A stretch of DNA of 61,580 nucleotides, filler included, from Streblomastix strix (GCA_008636045.1; 2 parts of 2 records of this genome joined end to end with filler, not necessarily neighbours in it), one strand, 5' to 3'; numbered from the whole stretch's first letter, positions 27,310 to 41,605 are shown. The notes: generated by a model from the letters alone, not told the origin. Numbers and translations are program-made.

Positions 27310-30300
27310 TCAATAATCAAAATCAATGACTGCTTTCTTGCATTCCGAAGCTTTTACTCTAAAACGCTATTATTCCAAATTTAATTCACTCTCTTCGCTA
27401 ATTTTGGGTGTTGGTTGTTCGGTAATCGTCCAAGGCAAAAGCTTCTTCCACTCAGCTATCCCTTCACGACATTGAATAATAGATGCATCCACTTACTTAA
27501 CCAAATTTAGGACAATGGCATAGTGCTTCTTCACAGTTTGCACTTGTTTCTTATGTAACTGTGCAACTTGATCGTAATTTATCACTTTCATTCCACGAGG
27601 TGACAATGATATTGAAGCATCAGCAGCTGTTATTGTGTCGAAGATAAGTTTTGCTTTGTGATTGAAATGAGCAAGAAGAGTTCTACGAACATATAACTGA
27701 GAATCGAGGATCATTCGAGCATCAAAAGCTGTGCTAAGTTATTGTGCTTCATAATATAATTTTCTATATCCTTCAATTGTTGGGGGTTATTTCTCAATTT
27801 CTGAAATTGCTGGTTGATTTGAACTTGTTTAATCTTGTGGAGTTGGTGTAGTGAGAAAATTCTATAATGAAATGTGTTGTGAAATGATTGTTTGAGAATT
27901 TGAGGGAAGTTAATCAGTTTAAGTTTATTGTTATTATTGAACTGATTACTAGTTTATTTATTATGATAAATATTTATTATTAATAAGGGGAATGAATTCA
28001 TTCATATGTGATTATGGAGCATTAAGTGAGTTCCAAAGTGAAGTGATCTTCTGACTCGCTAAATCTATCGCATCATTTAGAACATTTTGATATTTTTTAC
28101 TGTTTGGTCTGAATTATTCTTATTTTGTAGTTACTTCTTCTGGAGATAAAAGTGTTAAATTATTAATATTTGTATTATCTGGATCTTATTTATTATTTTC
28201 ATTGTATTCATCATCCCCATTTCTTTATTAAGAATTTGAAGTGAATGATCTTCTGTTGACTAAGTTTGATTATAAGCGAGTATCTCCTTGTTGCGATTAA
28301 GGTCTACTAATTGTTGGAAGTTCAATATTTCCATTGTCTTTTTATGCCTATGATTCAATTATTTCTTGTTATTCTTTTATTCGTTTCTTAGTTTACTTTC
28401 TTCTTTATTCTGGAAGTGGTGGAAGATATGAAGTGGTTATTTAGTTTTATGTTTAATCTGGTTTATATTATTAATCAATTTGTGTGTTAATGAAAGGTTA
28501 TCTTCCAAGTCCTTAATCTTCTGATCTGCTTCTTTTCTTTTTCTTTTTTCTGATTGGAATTATTTCTATATTTTGTTATTCACGATTTGGACTGTTTCTT
28601 GATTATAATAAATATCATTCGTCTCGATTCCTATTTCGTGAATTTAAGACTTATTAACTTCTATTATATTCTGGTCCGGTATTATCAAATTATTTGTCAT
28701 ACATCAAATCATTATTATATTATTGTTGATTTCCTTAATAATAATCAAGATTTCTTTATAATTATTCATCTCCAAATTCATTTGAGTAATTATAATACCC
28801 ACTTGATGGTATTTTCCTCTTTTGTTCTCCATCTTAACTTATTCCTCTTTATCTGCTCTTCCTTCCTGGAGATACCCAAGGCCATGTTCCTTGTGAAGAA
28901 GCTGTTTTTGTTCTCATTGTATTTTCTAATGTTTTTTACTTCATTCTTTCTTCTTCATCTGGTGAGAATGATATAATCCTTGGTTGTCTTTTAGGTGGTT
29001 TAGATGGAGGAACAATGCCAAATCCAAGAAGATGAACATTTCTAATATTTCTCTCATAAAATGGTGAACTCTTATTCTCAATAGATGCTGGAAGTTCTCC
29101 ATTCATTGTTGCTTCAAATGCAATCATATTCTTCTCCAAGATTTTACCCTCTGTTGGTTTTTCTTCATTTATTAATTCCAGACGTTATTTACGTAGTTTT
29201 GCCCTCATTTTAAGTATCTTTCTTTCAGCATCATTAATCTTCTCTCCCATTGTTTACTCAAGTGTTGAATGAACCTTCTTTAATTCCATATATGTACAAT
29301 TAGGATCAATTAATGCATTATATGGTTTGAGTGCTTCAACTCCCTTTGGAATTGATCTTCCATTCCAACCTTCTTCTCTTCTTCTTTTTCTTTCTTCATC
29401 TGCTTCTATTTATTCAGCTGTCTTTTTAGCATCTCCTCCAATTCCAGGTCTAATTGCTGTTTATTTCTTTAATCTATCCTGTTAAATCTTCGATTGGTAC
29501 TTACCATCAATGTATTCATTATTTTAGTTAATTTTACCATTTAACTCACATAACTTTGTATTATCTCTTCCTAATTCATCCTTTTCAAGTTATTCTGACC
29601 TAATTTCCTCGATTAGCCCATAAAGCTTAATTTATGATTCTAAAACTTATTATTGTAACTAAAGAGATTTCTTACTCAGACCCCCACCAGACATAATCAA
29701 AGCAATTTTCTTTGGTTCAGAATCAGGAATAATCATTGTTTATTTAAATGGACTTTCTCTTCCTCCATTTAGCTTCTTCATTTTCTTCTTTTCTTATTAT
29801 TCTTTTTCTTATTATTCTTTTTCATTCAAATTCTTTTCATCTTTATTTTGCTTTGTGGTTTAATCCATATTTTATTGTTCTTCTTTTCTTTTTTATTATT
29901 CAATATTTTATTATTTAATTTTTTTCTTCTTCTTTATCTTCTTTTTCTTTCCATTTTAAGTTTATTATTCATCTTTATCTGCTTCTTATGTTTCGTTTTT
30001 CATTTTAAGTAATTATTTTCATTTCTCTTTTTATTTATTTTATTCTTCTTATTTTTATTCAACTATTGGGACTTTGTTTTATTTATTTTTATCTTCTTCA
30101 ATTTATTTTATGACAAATTCTTTATCTTTAACTACCCCGTTTTATTGTTATTCATTAATCTAACTTTCTTCATTTTAATCATTAACAGAAGATTGTTCTT
30201 TTTAAATTTATATTTCTCTATCTTTTGAAGCTAATTATTCTTATTCTTTATTATGAATACCTTATTAATCCAATTTAAGTTATTCATTTTATTTTTCTTT

Positions 30301-30721
30301 TTATATAATTTCTTTTTAATCTTCATATTTAATATTCATCTTGTCCTTCAATTTATTAATTTTTGTTTCACTATACTCTCTTACTGGAGCAGATGAAGAA
30401 ATAGTCATGTTTAGTTCTTATAATTCTGATTCATTCAATGGCTAATTGGCTTAGATATCTAATTTTAATTATTCTTTCTTTTTTCTTAACTATTCTTATT
30501 AATATTTAATTAAAATGTTTATATTTTTTTCATCGAGATAAGAAAATATTAATTAAATAATAGCAATGCCTTTAAGTCCTTTTAATTCATTTTCTTATTG
30601 TTCTTCAATAATTGATGTTTAATCTTCTTATTTATAAAGTTCAATATCTTATCCTTTTAGTTAATTTACTCCCCAAAGTCCAACTTTTATCGATTTTTAT
30701 ATATTTAAATATGGTTTAATC
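27310..30721 (-). CDS. Hypothetical protein, 3' part (5' end lost in assembly gap)
   Basis: Long minus-strand frame open under TAR=Gln that includes the track ORFs 28936-29139 and 27493-27714 and ends ...KKAVIDFDY-TGA. A probable intron acceptor lies next to the gap. Confidence 0.65.
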
Positions 30722-30758
30722 TATTATATTAAGATAAATAATAAAATATAATATAATA

Positions 30759-30858
30759 NNNNNNNNNNNNNNNNNNNNNNNNNNNNNNNNNNNNNNNNNN
30801 NNTTAATTAATTAANNNNNNNNNNNNNNNNNNNNNNNNNNNNNNNNNNNNNNNNNNNN
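30759..30858. other. Assembly gap containing an artificial TTAATTAATTAA linker
   Basis: Runs of N flank ttaattaattaa, a stop-in-all-frames spacer used when joining contigs. Confidence 0.9.
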
Positions 30859-30859
30859 T

Positions 30860-31704
30860 GATATCTTTTAATTTTTCTATTATTATTTTTAATTTAATTT
30901 CTTTATATGTTTTTCTTATTTAGGTAAGGAGGATGTGCGTAATAGTAAAGTGTTGTGTTGTGATGGAGAAGATTGTTCAATAGATTGCAGAAGGTATTCA
31001 TCGTGATTGACGAGGTTGTTTAAGGCATGAAGAGCTGCAACAATAACAGTGTTATTATTTGAGTCAAGTCCTGATCGTAAAATAAGAATGCCATCAAGTG
31101 ATAAAAATTCAACAATTGGCGATTCATATTTATAGAAGAGTTTGTTACAAGCAGGCGTAAATTATATTTGATGTTCATTTCCACCACTACTGACAAATTT
31201 CACCCACTCTGAGTATTAATGAAATATATTAGAAAGGATATCAAGTGCAGATGCACGTTGAGGCTGATATGCACTCATTGACAATCTTAGCAATTCATCT
31301 ATACAATAACCAGCTATATTTTCTTCATCTCCATGATGAAACAATCCGCTCTACACAGGAATATCATCTGATGTAGATGGATCTATTGGAAGGCCATCAA
31401 AATCAAATCTAAGTGAGGACTATGATACTTTCTTAACGGGTTTCATCGGCTTAGTCCACTCGAGTTTTGCTTCTTCGCTTACTGGCTCGACTGCTAGTTT
31501 CTTCTTGATTTATTTCTTTTCCAAAGTAGACACATCGAGACTTTTGCTTCCTTTGAGAGGATTATTAGGATCAGATCTATGGGTGACAGGAGGAAAGCCA
31601 AACTTCAAAAATGGTGGATCTTCAGGTTTTTCATCTTCGTCATCCGATTCTATTTCGTGCTCTACTATATCTTTAATAGGAGCAAACGGCTTATTTGGTA
31701 ACAT
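30860..31704 (-). CDS. RPAP1: RNA polymerase II-associated protein 1 (RPAP1/Rba50/MINIYO family), N-terminal part, truncated by gap
   Basis: MLPNKPFAPIKDIVEHE..GFP, then LRFDFDGLPI..IPVQSGLFHHGDEENIAGYCIDELLRLSMSAYQPQRASALDILSNI. This matches the RPAP1 signature RFDF.G..GLHHHG..AGY...EL..L.RS...QR..AL..L. Confidence 0.85.
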
Positions 31705-32007
31705 TATGAAGAAATATTGTTGTTCTATAAATCTGAATACACAAAATTAAAACAAAAATAGAAATAAAAATTTGTGTTTCGTTATTTTTGGTGCTTGTCT
31801 TTAAAAAACCCTATTAGGTTTTATTTAACTATGAACATGTTTTTACGTTGATTTTTTTAAATTGTATGTAAATATTTATCCTAGACACAAAGATAAAGTT
31901 AAATTACTTTTTTTTTAATTTATATTTTAAAAAAATGTGAATAAACCAATAAATGCAGAAATAAATTATAAAAGCAACTTTTCAAAATTAAATTGGTTTT
32001 ATTTTAA

Positions 32008-33615
32008 TCAATCCTTTGTCATTTCCTTTTTTGATTCAGTTTTACCTTCATTATCTAAATCAACCTGCGCGCCTTTTAGTAATCCTACAACAATTTCATC
32101 ATTATTATTGTCTTTATCAATAGCTGTTAGTGGTCTAAATATTCCAGCCTATACAGCAATAGCTGCTACCTTCATCGTTGATACACGGCATTCTTACAAA
32201 GCGGCAACCAGTGCCACAAACTATACTCTCTCATCACTCCCAACTCCCTTTGTTGCATTATAGGCAATCTATGCCAATCTGTCCAATAAAACACATTTCA
32301 CAGGTATTGGTAGATCCAAACGAACAACACGATCGTGGACACCAACAACAAGATCACTTAATGAGAGCATTCCTGCCTGTTTTTATCTCCAACAAGCTGA
32401 GATAAAGTAGAACAGTCAAAATAAAAGAAATGAGTATAATATTCATACTATCAACGGCTTCTTCATATGGTTTATTGAGAGAAACTTCAAGAAATTGTTG
32501 CATTTCTCGAGGGTGTGGTTTTCCTAATGTTGCATAAACAGCATCAACAGTAATTGTTTCATATGCCATATGAACAGACTATGAAATGTGTTGATATAAA
32601 ATAAAGAAACAATAATAATAATAAATTCAACTATTATTCAAATATTGTTATTATACCTCGAGTGTATTCAGTGCTTTTCTCATATCACCACCACTTAAAT
32701 TTACAATAGATTTGCATGCTTCTTCATTACATCTTATTCTAACAAATAAAACATTAAAATGGGAAGTTACAAATCAAAAAATAATAATTGAAAATTAAAA
32801 GGTATTAAAAACTTTTCAGCATGAACAACATTCATAATTCGGCCAAAAACAGCTTCAGGATCCAAAGGAGTGAATCTCATCTTTGAATTTAATATAATAA
32901 AACAAATACAAATATTATCATATTAAATATATATCAATTGATTATAATTACCTTTGTACAACGTGACTATAAAGCTGGAATGATTCTACTTACATAATTA
33001 CAAATAAGACAAAAACGTGCGTTTGACGAATACATTTCCACAACTAGAATTCATTATAATCAGTGAGAAGTTACAAATAATAATTATTTACATTAAACAA
33101 ACAAACAAAAAGATAAACCTCTTCTCAGTGCAAATTAAGCTTCCTTAATCATTGCATCACATTCATCCAAAATAATAAGTTTTGGAAGTTAAGATTAAAT
33201 ACTGCGAGTTTCTGCAAAAGTTTTAATTTGCGTTCGTACAGTGTCTATTCCACGATCATCTGAAGCATTAAGCTAATCATATTTCAGAAAATAAAATGAA
33301 ATTTCTGAATAAGAATAATGAGAAAGTATGCCTCCAATGTCATTTGAGGAAACATTTTTCCATATAGCTCGCGCGCACATGCTAGAATAGTTGTTGTTTT
33401 TCCTGTTCCTGGAGGACCGTGGAAAAGAAGGTGAGGAAGCTAATCAAATAATAAAAAAATATTAAAAATATGTGCAGAAGAATAAAACAAACATTTCCAT
33501 TTTCAACAAATTTTTTCATTAGTTTAATTGTACTTTCCTATGAGACTATCTCAACTAGTGCCTTTGGCCTGTATTTTTCTACCCATGGGATCTGCTAGTC
33601 TGTCTTATCAGCCAT
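32008..33615 (-). CDS. RFC5: Replication factor C small subunit (human RFC5 / yeast Rfc3 type), multi-intron
   Basis: [86 protein letters not shown]. Confidence 0.92.
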
Positions 33616-34174
33616 AATAGAGCAAAGTGAAGCTGAAGAATATAATAAAATCGCAATCTAATTGTATATTTATTTTGTGTATTATTTTATAATTTCTTAT
33701 TCATTAATTATTTGGAAGTTGCTTATACTATTCAATCTTTCGATTTAAACATGAATTTTTTAAAGGCTAGTTCTCGCTCGTTGCTGAGTATATTATTAAT
33801 TAGAATTGTTAATTATCATATTTTGAATTTTACTCACATTCTTCTTCAACATAATCTTCATATTCAATTTCTTCGCTCAAAATTATCACATCAAAATATT
33901 AATCCATTTTTGTGAGAATTTCTTCTAACTTTCGAGCTTTCCTAATTTATTCCTCATTTCACTTCCAATATATATTGCAGCCTTCATAAAATCATCAGAA
34001 TTTAACCATAATAAAACTCCTCTTTAGAATTATATCTTTTTCTTTATTATCAGTTCATTTTCTTTCTTAATTTCCACACAATCACAATTTAATTATTTAA
34101 TTTTATCTTATATTTTGGCAAATAAGTCATTTTTTAATTTATTTCTATATTTAATATTCTCACTTAGCTTTACA

Positions 34175-37100
34175 ATGTCATACATTGATAGGCTTTAACT
34201 TTGTGGAATTCGTAGTTTCTCACCAATTACGAATGGTACTCGCGGGCTTGTATTTTTTCGACCTCTGACAATCTTTTGTGGAGCAAATGGATCAGGCAAA
34301 ACAACAATTGTTGAAGCACTGAAATACGCTCTTACTGGTGAGCTTCCACCATCATCGCTTAAAGGATAAGGATTTGTCACAGATCCAAAGGTTTGATATA
34401 AGTAATTCATTGAATATTATCTATATTTTTTTATTATTATTTAGTTAGTTAAAGAGTCAGTTGTTAAAGCCCAGGTGAAGTTGAGATTTGTAAATGTAAG
34501 AGGAGAGCCTATGATGGTTGTGAGAAGTATGCAACTCACTCAAAAATAGAAGAAAGCAGAATTTAAGGTCCTTGATACTGCATTAGTTGTTAAAGATGCT
34601 GAAACAGGGAGAGTTTGAATATTATTATATGATGATGTATATGACGAGTATTTATTCATTATTTTGTAGAACACGAGTATCAGTTAAAGATGCACAGATA
34701 TGGATAAACAGATACCTGAATTCCTTGGTGTCTCAAAAGCTATTCTTGAGCATGTAGTATTTTGTCATTAAGAAGATTCAGACTGGCCATTATAGAAGGA
34801 TCAAGTTTTAAAGCAAAGATTTGATGAAATATTTGCATCAACTAAATTCACGAAAGCTTTGGAAATGATTGTGAAACAGAGAAAGGATTTAGATGAGAGA
34901 ATAAAGAAGATGGCAGCTGATTAGCGCGTAATGGGAGAAAGACTTTCTAATTTCACCAGAATAGAAAAGGATAGAAACGACCACGCAATGAAGGTTAAAA
35001 TAATGCAAAGAGATGGAGATGCAATAAAAGCAAATATGAAGAAAGTTGAGGAGGATTATCAGATGGAAGATGAAGCTTGTAAGAGACTGGAAGAATTGGA
35101 AATAGAAAAGAGGGAATGTGAAACAAGATATACTTTATTAGATTAAGAGAAATAGAAAACTTATTCAAAACTTGAAGTGGAGCTTGTCGGTAATATAATA
35201 ATATCTTTGATAATAATAATAATAATTAATTATTATTTTTATATTTCACTATAAGAAACCGATGATGAATTAGAAGCTTACATGTCAACTATGCATGAAT
35301 CGCGTGATCAAATAGAGGCTGAATTGAAAAGAGTTTAGGAACAAAGAGAAAATGATTAGATTCAAGTTGCTGTTAAATAATAAATGAGAGAAACACTTAC
35401 TAGGAATAATCTGAAGAGAATGGTGGAAGAAGAGGTTAATGTAAAATTGAGAATATTAAAATTGAATTATTATTATATGATTTTATTAATCCAAAATCTT
35501 TTATTATTTATTTTTTATTTCAGACTCTCAAGAAAACCCACTATGAATTACGTTCTCTTACACAAATGATAATATAGAAATACAAATGGGATGATAGAGT
35601 TGGATCATTATCTGCAGGTCAAGGACAGGATGATTAAAGAAATAATAAGAATAAGAAAGGTGATAATTCATCTTAATTTGATGCCAATGAAGATTTAACT
35701 GTTGCTGAAGAGATTCTTTCTTTATTAAAAGAAACAAAAGCTGACTTAAGAAAAGAGTTGGATATATTTATGAGAAGAAAGAATGAAGAAGGAGAACAGT
35801 TAAGAAAATCCTTGAATGAAACTTCAGCAACACTGAAAATGAATGAGAAAATGGATTAAATGTAGAAAGATGAGGAATAAAAAATATAAGATGAAATTGA
35901 CAGGGCAAATAAGAGTATTAATAAAATGGTACAAGCTCAAACAGAAGAAAGAAAGAAAAGACTTCAATTGGTGATGAAGTAATAAAAATAAGGTAATATT
36001 AATAAAAATTTGAATTCTTCATCCATTTCTTTTCCATCTCCTTAAATTTCAGGATCATCATCTCATCTTTCCAGTGATAAATTAGATTAGACCCAAGTTG
36101 ATCCTGACGATGACTTGAAAGAAATATAATAATTATTGGATAATGAAGGAAGCACAACTATTTTAGAGAGAGAATTGAATTAATTAAAACAAAGTAGAGA
36201 AATAAATGTGAAGTTGTTGAATGAATTTAAGAGTTAGATGAAGGATAGAGCAGTTAATGCTCAATCACGCGCATAGATAAAGAATCGCTCAACCGATCTT
36301 TCGAGGATTGAAAAATAATTGGAAATGAAAGAGAAGCCAAATAATAAAGCTGCCTTATATTCATTATTCATAAATAAGAAAGAATAATTTGAACAGGATG
36401 ATGATTTTGATGAGGACAGCAGATCATACAATTTTTCATCTTAAAAATCTCTGTCTTAAATTTACCCACTTACTGATTTAGAAAAATAAGTGAAGATTTT
36501 ATTAGAAACTAATAAACAAGAAGCGAAACAAGTTGAGATTGAGACATCAAAGTAAGAAAGGAGTGTAGCAGAATTAACAGGACAAATTAATGCAAAATAA
36601 ACTAATTTAAACAAAAAAGAAACCAGCAAAAGTTAGATTTAGGAAAAAATTAAGGAAATTAAATTGTAGATTAAAGATTTTAATGATATTAATGAGATTG
36701 AAAAAAGTTTAAAAGATAAAATTCAACAAACATAAGCAAAAATTTAGTCAAAAAAAGAGTATGAAATTGATTATAAAAATATTAATTGATAAAGAAGTAA
36801 TATTTAAAAAAGAGAATAGTTTTTCCTATATAAATTTTATTCTACTTTCATATTTTTTCAGTGATAAGTAGAAAAAAGATCTCGCTGTTGATTTTATACG
36901 TAATTTCCTAACACTTGCTCAGGTTCATATATAATTATTATTATTTTAATTAATTATAAAATATTAATTGTTATTATGTAGGAAACTAGTTAATGCCCTC
37001 TTTGCAAACGAGGATTTGATGCAATATAACTCCAAAATTTTGTTAAAATGGTTAGAATTTATTTTATTTATAAACCCTTCAATAATTCATATGTTCAATT

Positions 37101-40100
37101 GTAGGCTCAAGAAACAATGTAAAGAGGTAATCCTGCTCAAGATAAGAAGGATGAAGGAGAAATAAAAAATTTGAACAAAGAATTAGAAAGACTTGTTTCA
37201 TTTGAACCTATAGTTAACGAAATAAAAGATGTATGAAATTAATATTTTAGATAAAAGAATAGTTTCTAAATTTTATTATTTTGCTTTTTTTATTTCCATT
37301 TAAATCATTTATTTAGATATCAACATAACTTCCTGTTCTTTCACACGAACTTCAACAAATTTAAGAACAAAAAGAAGAAAAATAAGGAAAATTGTCTGAA
37401 ATCAAATCAAAATATGCAAAAATAAAATAGAAATAAGAATTAATTGAGCAGGGATTGATTGAAGCAAAAGAAATTTCGAGGTTTGACTTGAATGATTTTC
37501 AAAATATTTCTTTTTATTTGTTAATCTATTTATTTATTTGTTATTAATTTTAGTCTTATTCAACAAAAGAATACTATTTCCCGTGAAATAGAGACAGAAA
37601 AAAAGAAAATTAAAGGAAAAGAAGGTAAAATTATATTTATTATTCATACTTTATTATTTTATTTTTGTTTCTATTTAAATTTTAGATGATTAAGTTGAAT
37701 CGATGCAAGAAGAGCAATTAGAAAAAGAAATTAGTGAAAGATAAGCAAAAGAAGAAGAAATGACAACACGAATTATGGAATTACAATAAGAAATTAACAG
37801 TAAGGTTTTTGCGAATATTTTCTATCTTCTTATTTATTAATTTTTTTTAATTTTAGAATATTCTTCTCTCTTCATTGAAACATAACCTTGAAAATGCAAA
37901 ATAGAGGTGCATTGAAAAGAAAAATCAATAGCAAGTTTGTAAATTCATTTTTTTATTGAAATAAATAATTTATTTATTATTATTATTTAAACTCAGACTA
38001 TTTTAGCAAAAGAAACACAACTGGAAAAGATAAATGAAGACAGTGAGGTAAATTAATTAATTAATATTTTTGTATCCTTTTTTCATATTCTTTTTAATAA
38101 TAGGCTCGATCCGTGTAACAATTTCAACTCAATTAACGTGAAAGCAAAGTCAAAGGTCAGATCAAAATACTAGATGACGAGAAAGATAAATATGAAAAAC
38201 AGATAAAAGGACAAATTGATGTACTTGTAAATGAAGATGGAAAAATGGAAGGAATAATCGAGAAGATGAGGAAGTGTGACTTAATTTACTTATTAACTAA
38301 TTAATAAAATTTAAATTGAATTCAATATTTTTTTAACAGACAACTGTAAATCTGCAGTAGTGCTAATCCATCTGCATTAGGTTATTATTATTAATAGTCG
38401 AAATAGATCAAATTAATATATATTTGGTTTTTATATTTAATATCATAATTTCCTATTTTTTACAGATGCTAAAGCTCTCTAGAAACAACTCTAACAGTTG
38501 GATGCAGAAATTCAAGAGCTGATGGATTAAGAAAAGGCAGGAAGTGAAGAAATGGAGAACGTATGAAATTATAATATTGATAAATGAGAATAAATTATAA
38601 TATTTTATTTTTTATTTATTTTTAAATTAATGAGCAGAACATAAAAGCCTAGTAAAAACATAAGGACATTGAAAGAAATATCATTGATAACTTGGAATAC
38701 AGAAAGAAAGTTTGTGAAATTGTTTAACTTTTATTCATTGTTCATTTTAATGTTTGTTTTTTTTAAGGTAAAAGCATCTGAAGTTGCTAAACGCAGATTG
38801 CAAGTTTGAATTTATATGTAAGAAACCAATAATTATGCCTTTTAACATTTTATTTTATATTATCAACCAATAAGGATGCAATTGATGCGATGCAGAGAAA
38901 CCCATAATTCGAAACTTGCAGGTTGATAAATAATTTTTAACAATATTAAAAAGAATTGCCTAATAATTTGTATTAACACTTAACTATTTTATATGTTCTA
39001 AAAATAGAAGAGAAAGAGAATCACTTCAAAAGAAGAAGAGAGAGATAGGTATAAAAAAACAATTAATGAAAATAATAATAAAATCAATTTTATTTTCACA
39101 TCATTAATTGATTTCATTTTCTTTCTATATTAATGCTTTTGATTAGAGCGTTAAATAACAGTAAATGAAACTTCAATAGGCAATTTAACAGATTAAATAT
39201 AAAAGAATGAGAAATAAATGAGTGGAATGGAGGTAATAAAAATATTTATAAAAAATTATTTTATTATTATACCAAATAATTATAATCATAATTTCATGTA
39301 TTTTTCATGTACTAATTATATTTAATTTTAGACTCTTGAAATGAATTTTCGCATGTGTTCACTCAAATTAAGAGTATGATAGAATAAAGAATGTTTCATT
39401 ATTTACTAATTTTTTTGATTATTTAATACATAGACCACTCAAATGGCTCGTGCTGACTTAGTTAAACTACACACTGCATTGGACAAGTTTGCATTTTAAT
39501 TTTAAATTAAAATTTCTTGTCTATTAATTTTCATACATTATTAACTCATTATTGGCATTATTATTAACTTGAATTGCAGAGCACTTATGAAATATCACAG
39601 TGTACGAATGGCTTCTGTAAATCATTCCATCAGAGAGAAATGGTAGGAGATTTATAGAGGCTTGTTTATATCTTTATTATTATTTATTATGAATTATTAA
39701 TTTTTGTAATATTTCGTATTTAATATTATTTAGGAAATGATATTGATTATATTGAGATCAAGAGTGATATTGAAGATGAAAAGGACAAACCAGCTGGTTT
39801 GTGTTTAGAAAACAATTCATTTTAATTAAAATGAAACTATTTTACATATATCACATAATGATTATATATCAGCTCCCCCAACTGGAACTTACTCAACCAG
39901 TACGCGCACTCGATCATTCACATATCGAGTAGTAATGGTGAAAGGAGATGTGGAATTGGATATGAGAGGACGATGCAGTGCTGGATAAAAAGTTTTCTTT
40001 TTAAAATATTTTTATTTTTTTATTTAATTATTTCTTTTCTTATATTTTTGTTATTTATTACAAATTATAGGGACTCGCTTGCCTTGTAATACGCTTAGCT

Positions 40101-40452
40101 TTAGCAGAAACTTTCTGTCTTCATTGTGGACTTGTTGCATTAGATGAACCTACTACAAATTTGGATAAAACAAATGTTATTTCATTTGCTGATGCATTGC
40201 TCAGGTTGATTAACGCTTTTCATTCTTAAGGAAACTTTTAATTGATAATTATCACACATGATGAAGAGTTTGTAAGACATTTGGCATAGGGAAACGCAGG
40301 TGATTATTACTGGAGAGTATCAAAAGATGCTTAGTATGTATTTTAGAAATAATTTTGTACTTATTCCTATTACTTTTTCCAATTCTTTCAAAAAATACTT
40401 AAATAGGGGGATGAGCTAGGTGGAAAAGAATGCACTGAATGATCTTATTTGA
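34175..40452 (+). CDS. RAD50: DNA repair protein RAD50 (roughly 25 short introns)
   Basis: GIRSF, Walker [30 protein letters not shown], zinc hook CPLCKRGF (~36995), signature [36 protein letters not shown]. Confidence 0.96.
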
Positions 40453-40603
40453 TAATAATCATTCTTTTTATATTACTTATTCTGTTAAATACACAAAATA
40501 CAAAATAAATAGTGGTTATGACATTAATTCGATATCCAACTTTCGACCGTAAATTTCTAGGAAATTACTCATTTATTCGCTGATTTTATTTTATTACATT
40601 TAG

Positions 40604-41433
40604 ATGAGACTTACGGTTGAACTTTTATAATAACTTGAATCTTTTTTTAATCCGTGTGGTGAACACTAAGTCAATATTAGAGGTTTGATTTTTTTGTTCG
40701 ACCATTTGCGACACCATCTCATATAATTTTATTTTAAAAATTGAAAATATCAATCTTAAGGTTTAAATATACCAGCTATTGAAAACTTTGGCACTCTTAA
40801 AGATGCTTACGATGCGGTGGACTTGACAGACAATGCTATATAGATTCTTGGCGGATTTCCTTGCTCACACCGGTTAAAAACGTTGCTCTTAGCAAACAAT
40901 CGAATTTCATAGATATAACCAACTCTTTCTGAATAACTTCCTAGGTTGGAGACACTCATTTTAACGAAGAACAACATAGACAACTTAAATGAACTTTCAC
41001 ATTTGGCTGGAATTCCAATTTTACGATTAGATGTAACAGAGAACAGGGTTTCTTAACTACCTGATTACAGACTCTTTGTTATTCATATGCTTCCAACTTT
41101 AAAAATACTTGATTTCTAAAAAGTAACTCAAAAAGTATTTTTTATTTATTATTTGTTTTTCATTTTTCTTCAATTTTTTGCTTATTTTTATTTAATTTTT
41201 TGCTTATTTTTATTTAATTTTGTTAAACTGATATATGCATTTAAATTAATTCTTTTATTCTATAGGAAAAAGAAGAGTCTGTTAAACGTTTTGGAGTTAT
41301 TGCATAAGAAAGCTCATAAAGTTCTGATGTTAAACAATCCGAAACTCGAGTAATAGATGCAACAAATAAGCTAGAAACAACTTTTTCACCTGGAGAGGTG
41401 CCACCAGCAGCATTTCATCCGTCAAAGAAATGA
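40604..41433 (+). CDS. SNRPA1: U2 snRNP protein A' (LRR protein; 2 introns)
   Basis: MRLTVELL..FNP..IRGLNIPAIENFG..DAVDLTDNAI..GFP..RLKTLLLANNRI..YRLFVIHMLPTLKILDFQKVTQKE. Confidence 0.92.
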
Positions 41434-41526
41434 ATACCAAATAATAAATTTAAGATATAATTTACATTTTTTTAATTGTATTTATTTTTTTCAAAAAAAA
41501 ATTTTTTTCCTTATAAAATTTTATTA

Positions 41527-41605
41527 GGTAGCCGGGGTAGGCCGGGTCAATAAAAATCAAAACCCGGCTTTTCCGGGCATGACAAGGATTTTTTGCCAGC
41601 CCTAG
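41527..41605 (-). mobile_element. Possible solo terminal fragment of a DNA transposon (hAT-like end)
   Basis: GC-rich island in AT-rich intergenic DNA. The minus strand begins TAGGGCTGGCAAAA and contains repeated and inverted GCCGGG/CCCGGC motifs. Confidence 0.3.

Noticed and set aside
30803..30814. Palindromic TTAATTAATTAA as a biological site
   Set aside because: It is flanked by N runs and is a scaffolding linker.
27310..31704. Merging the RPAP1 fragment and the downstream minus-strand ORF into one gene
   Set aside because: They are on the same strand and could be one gene, but an artificial gap separates them and I recognised no RPAP1 motifs in the downstream part.
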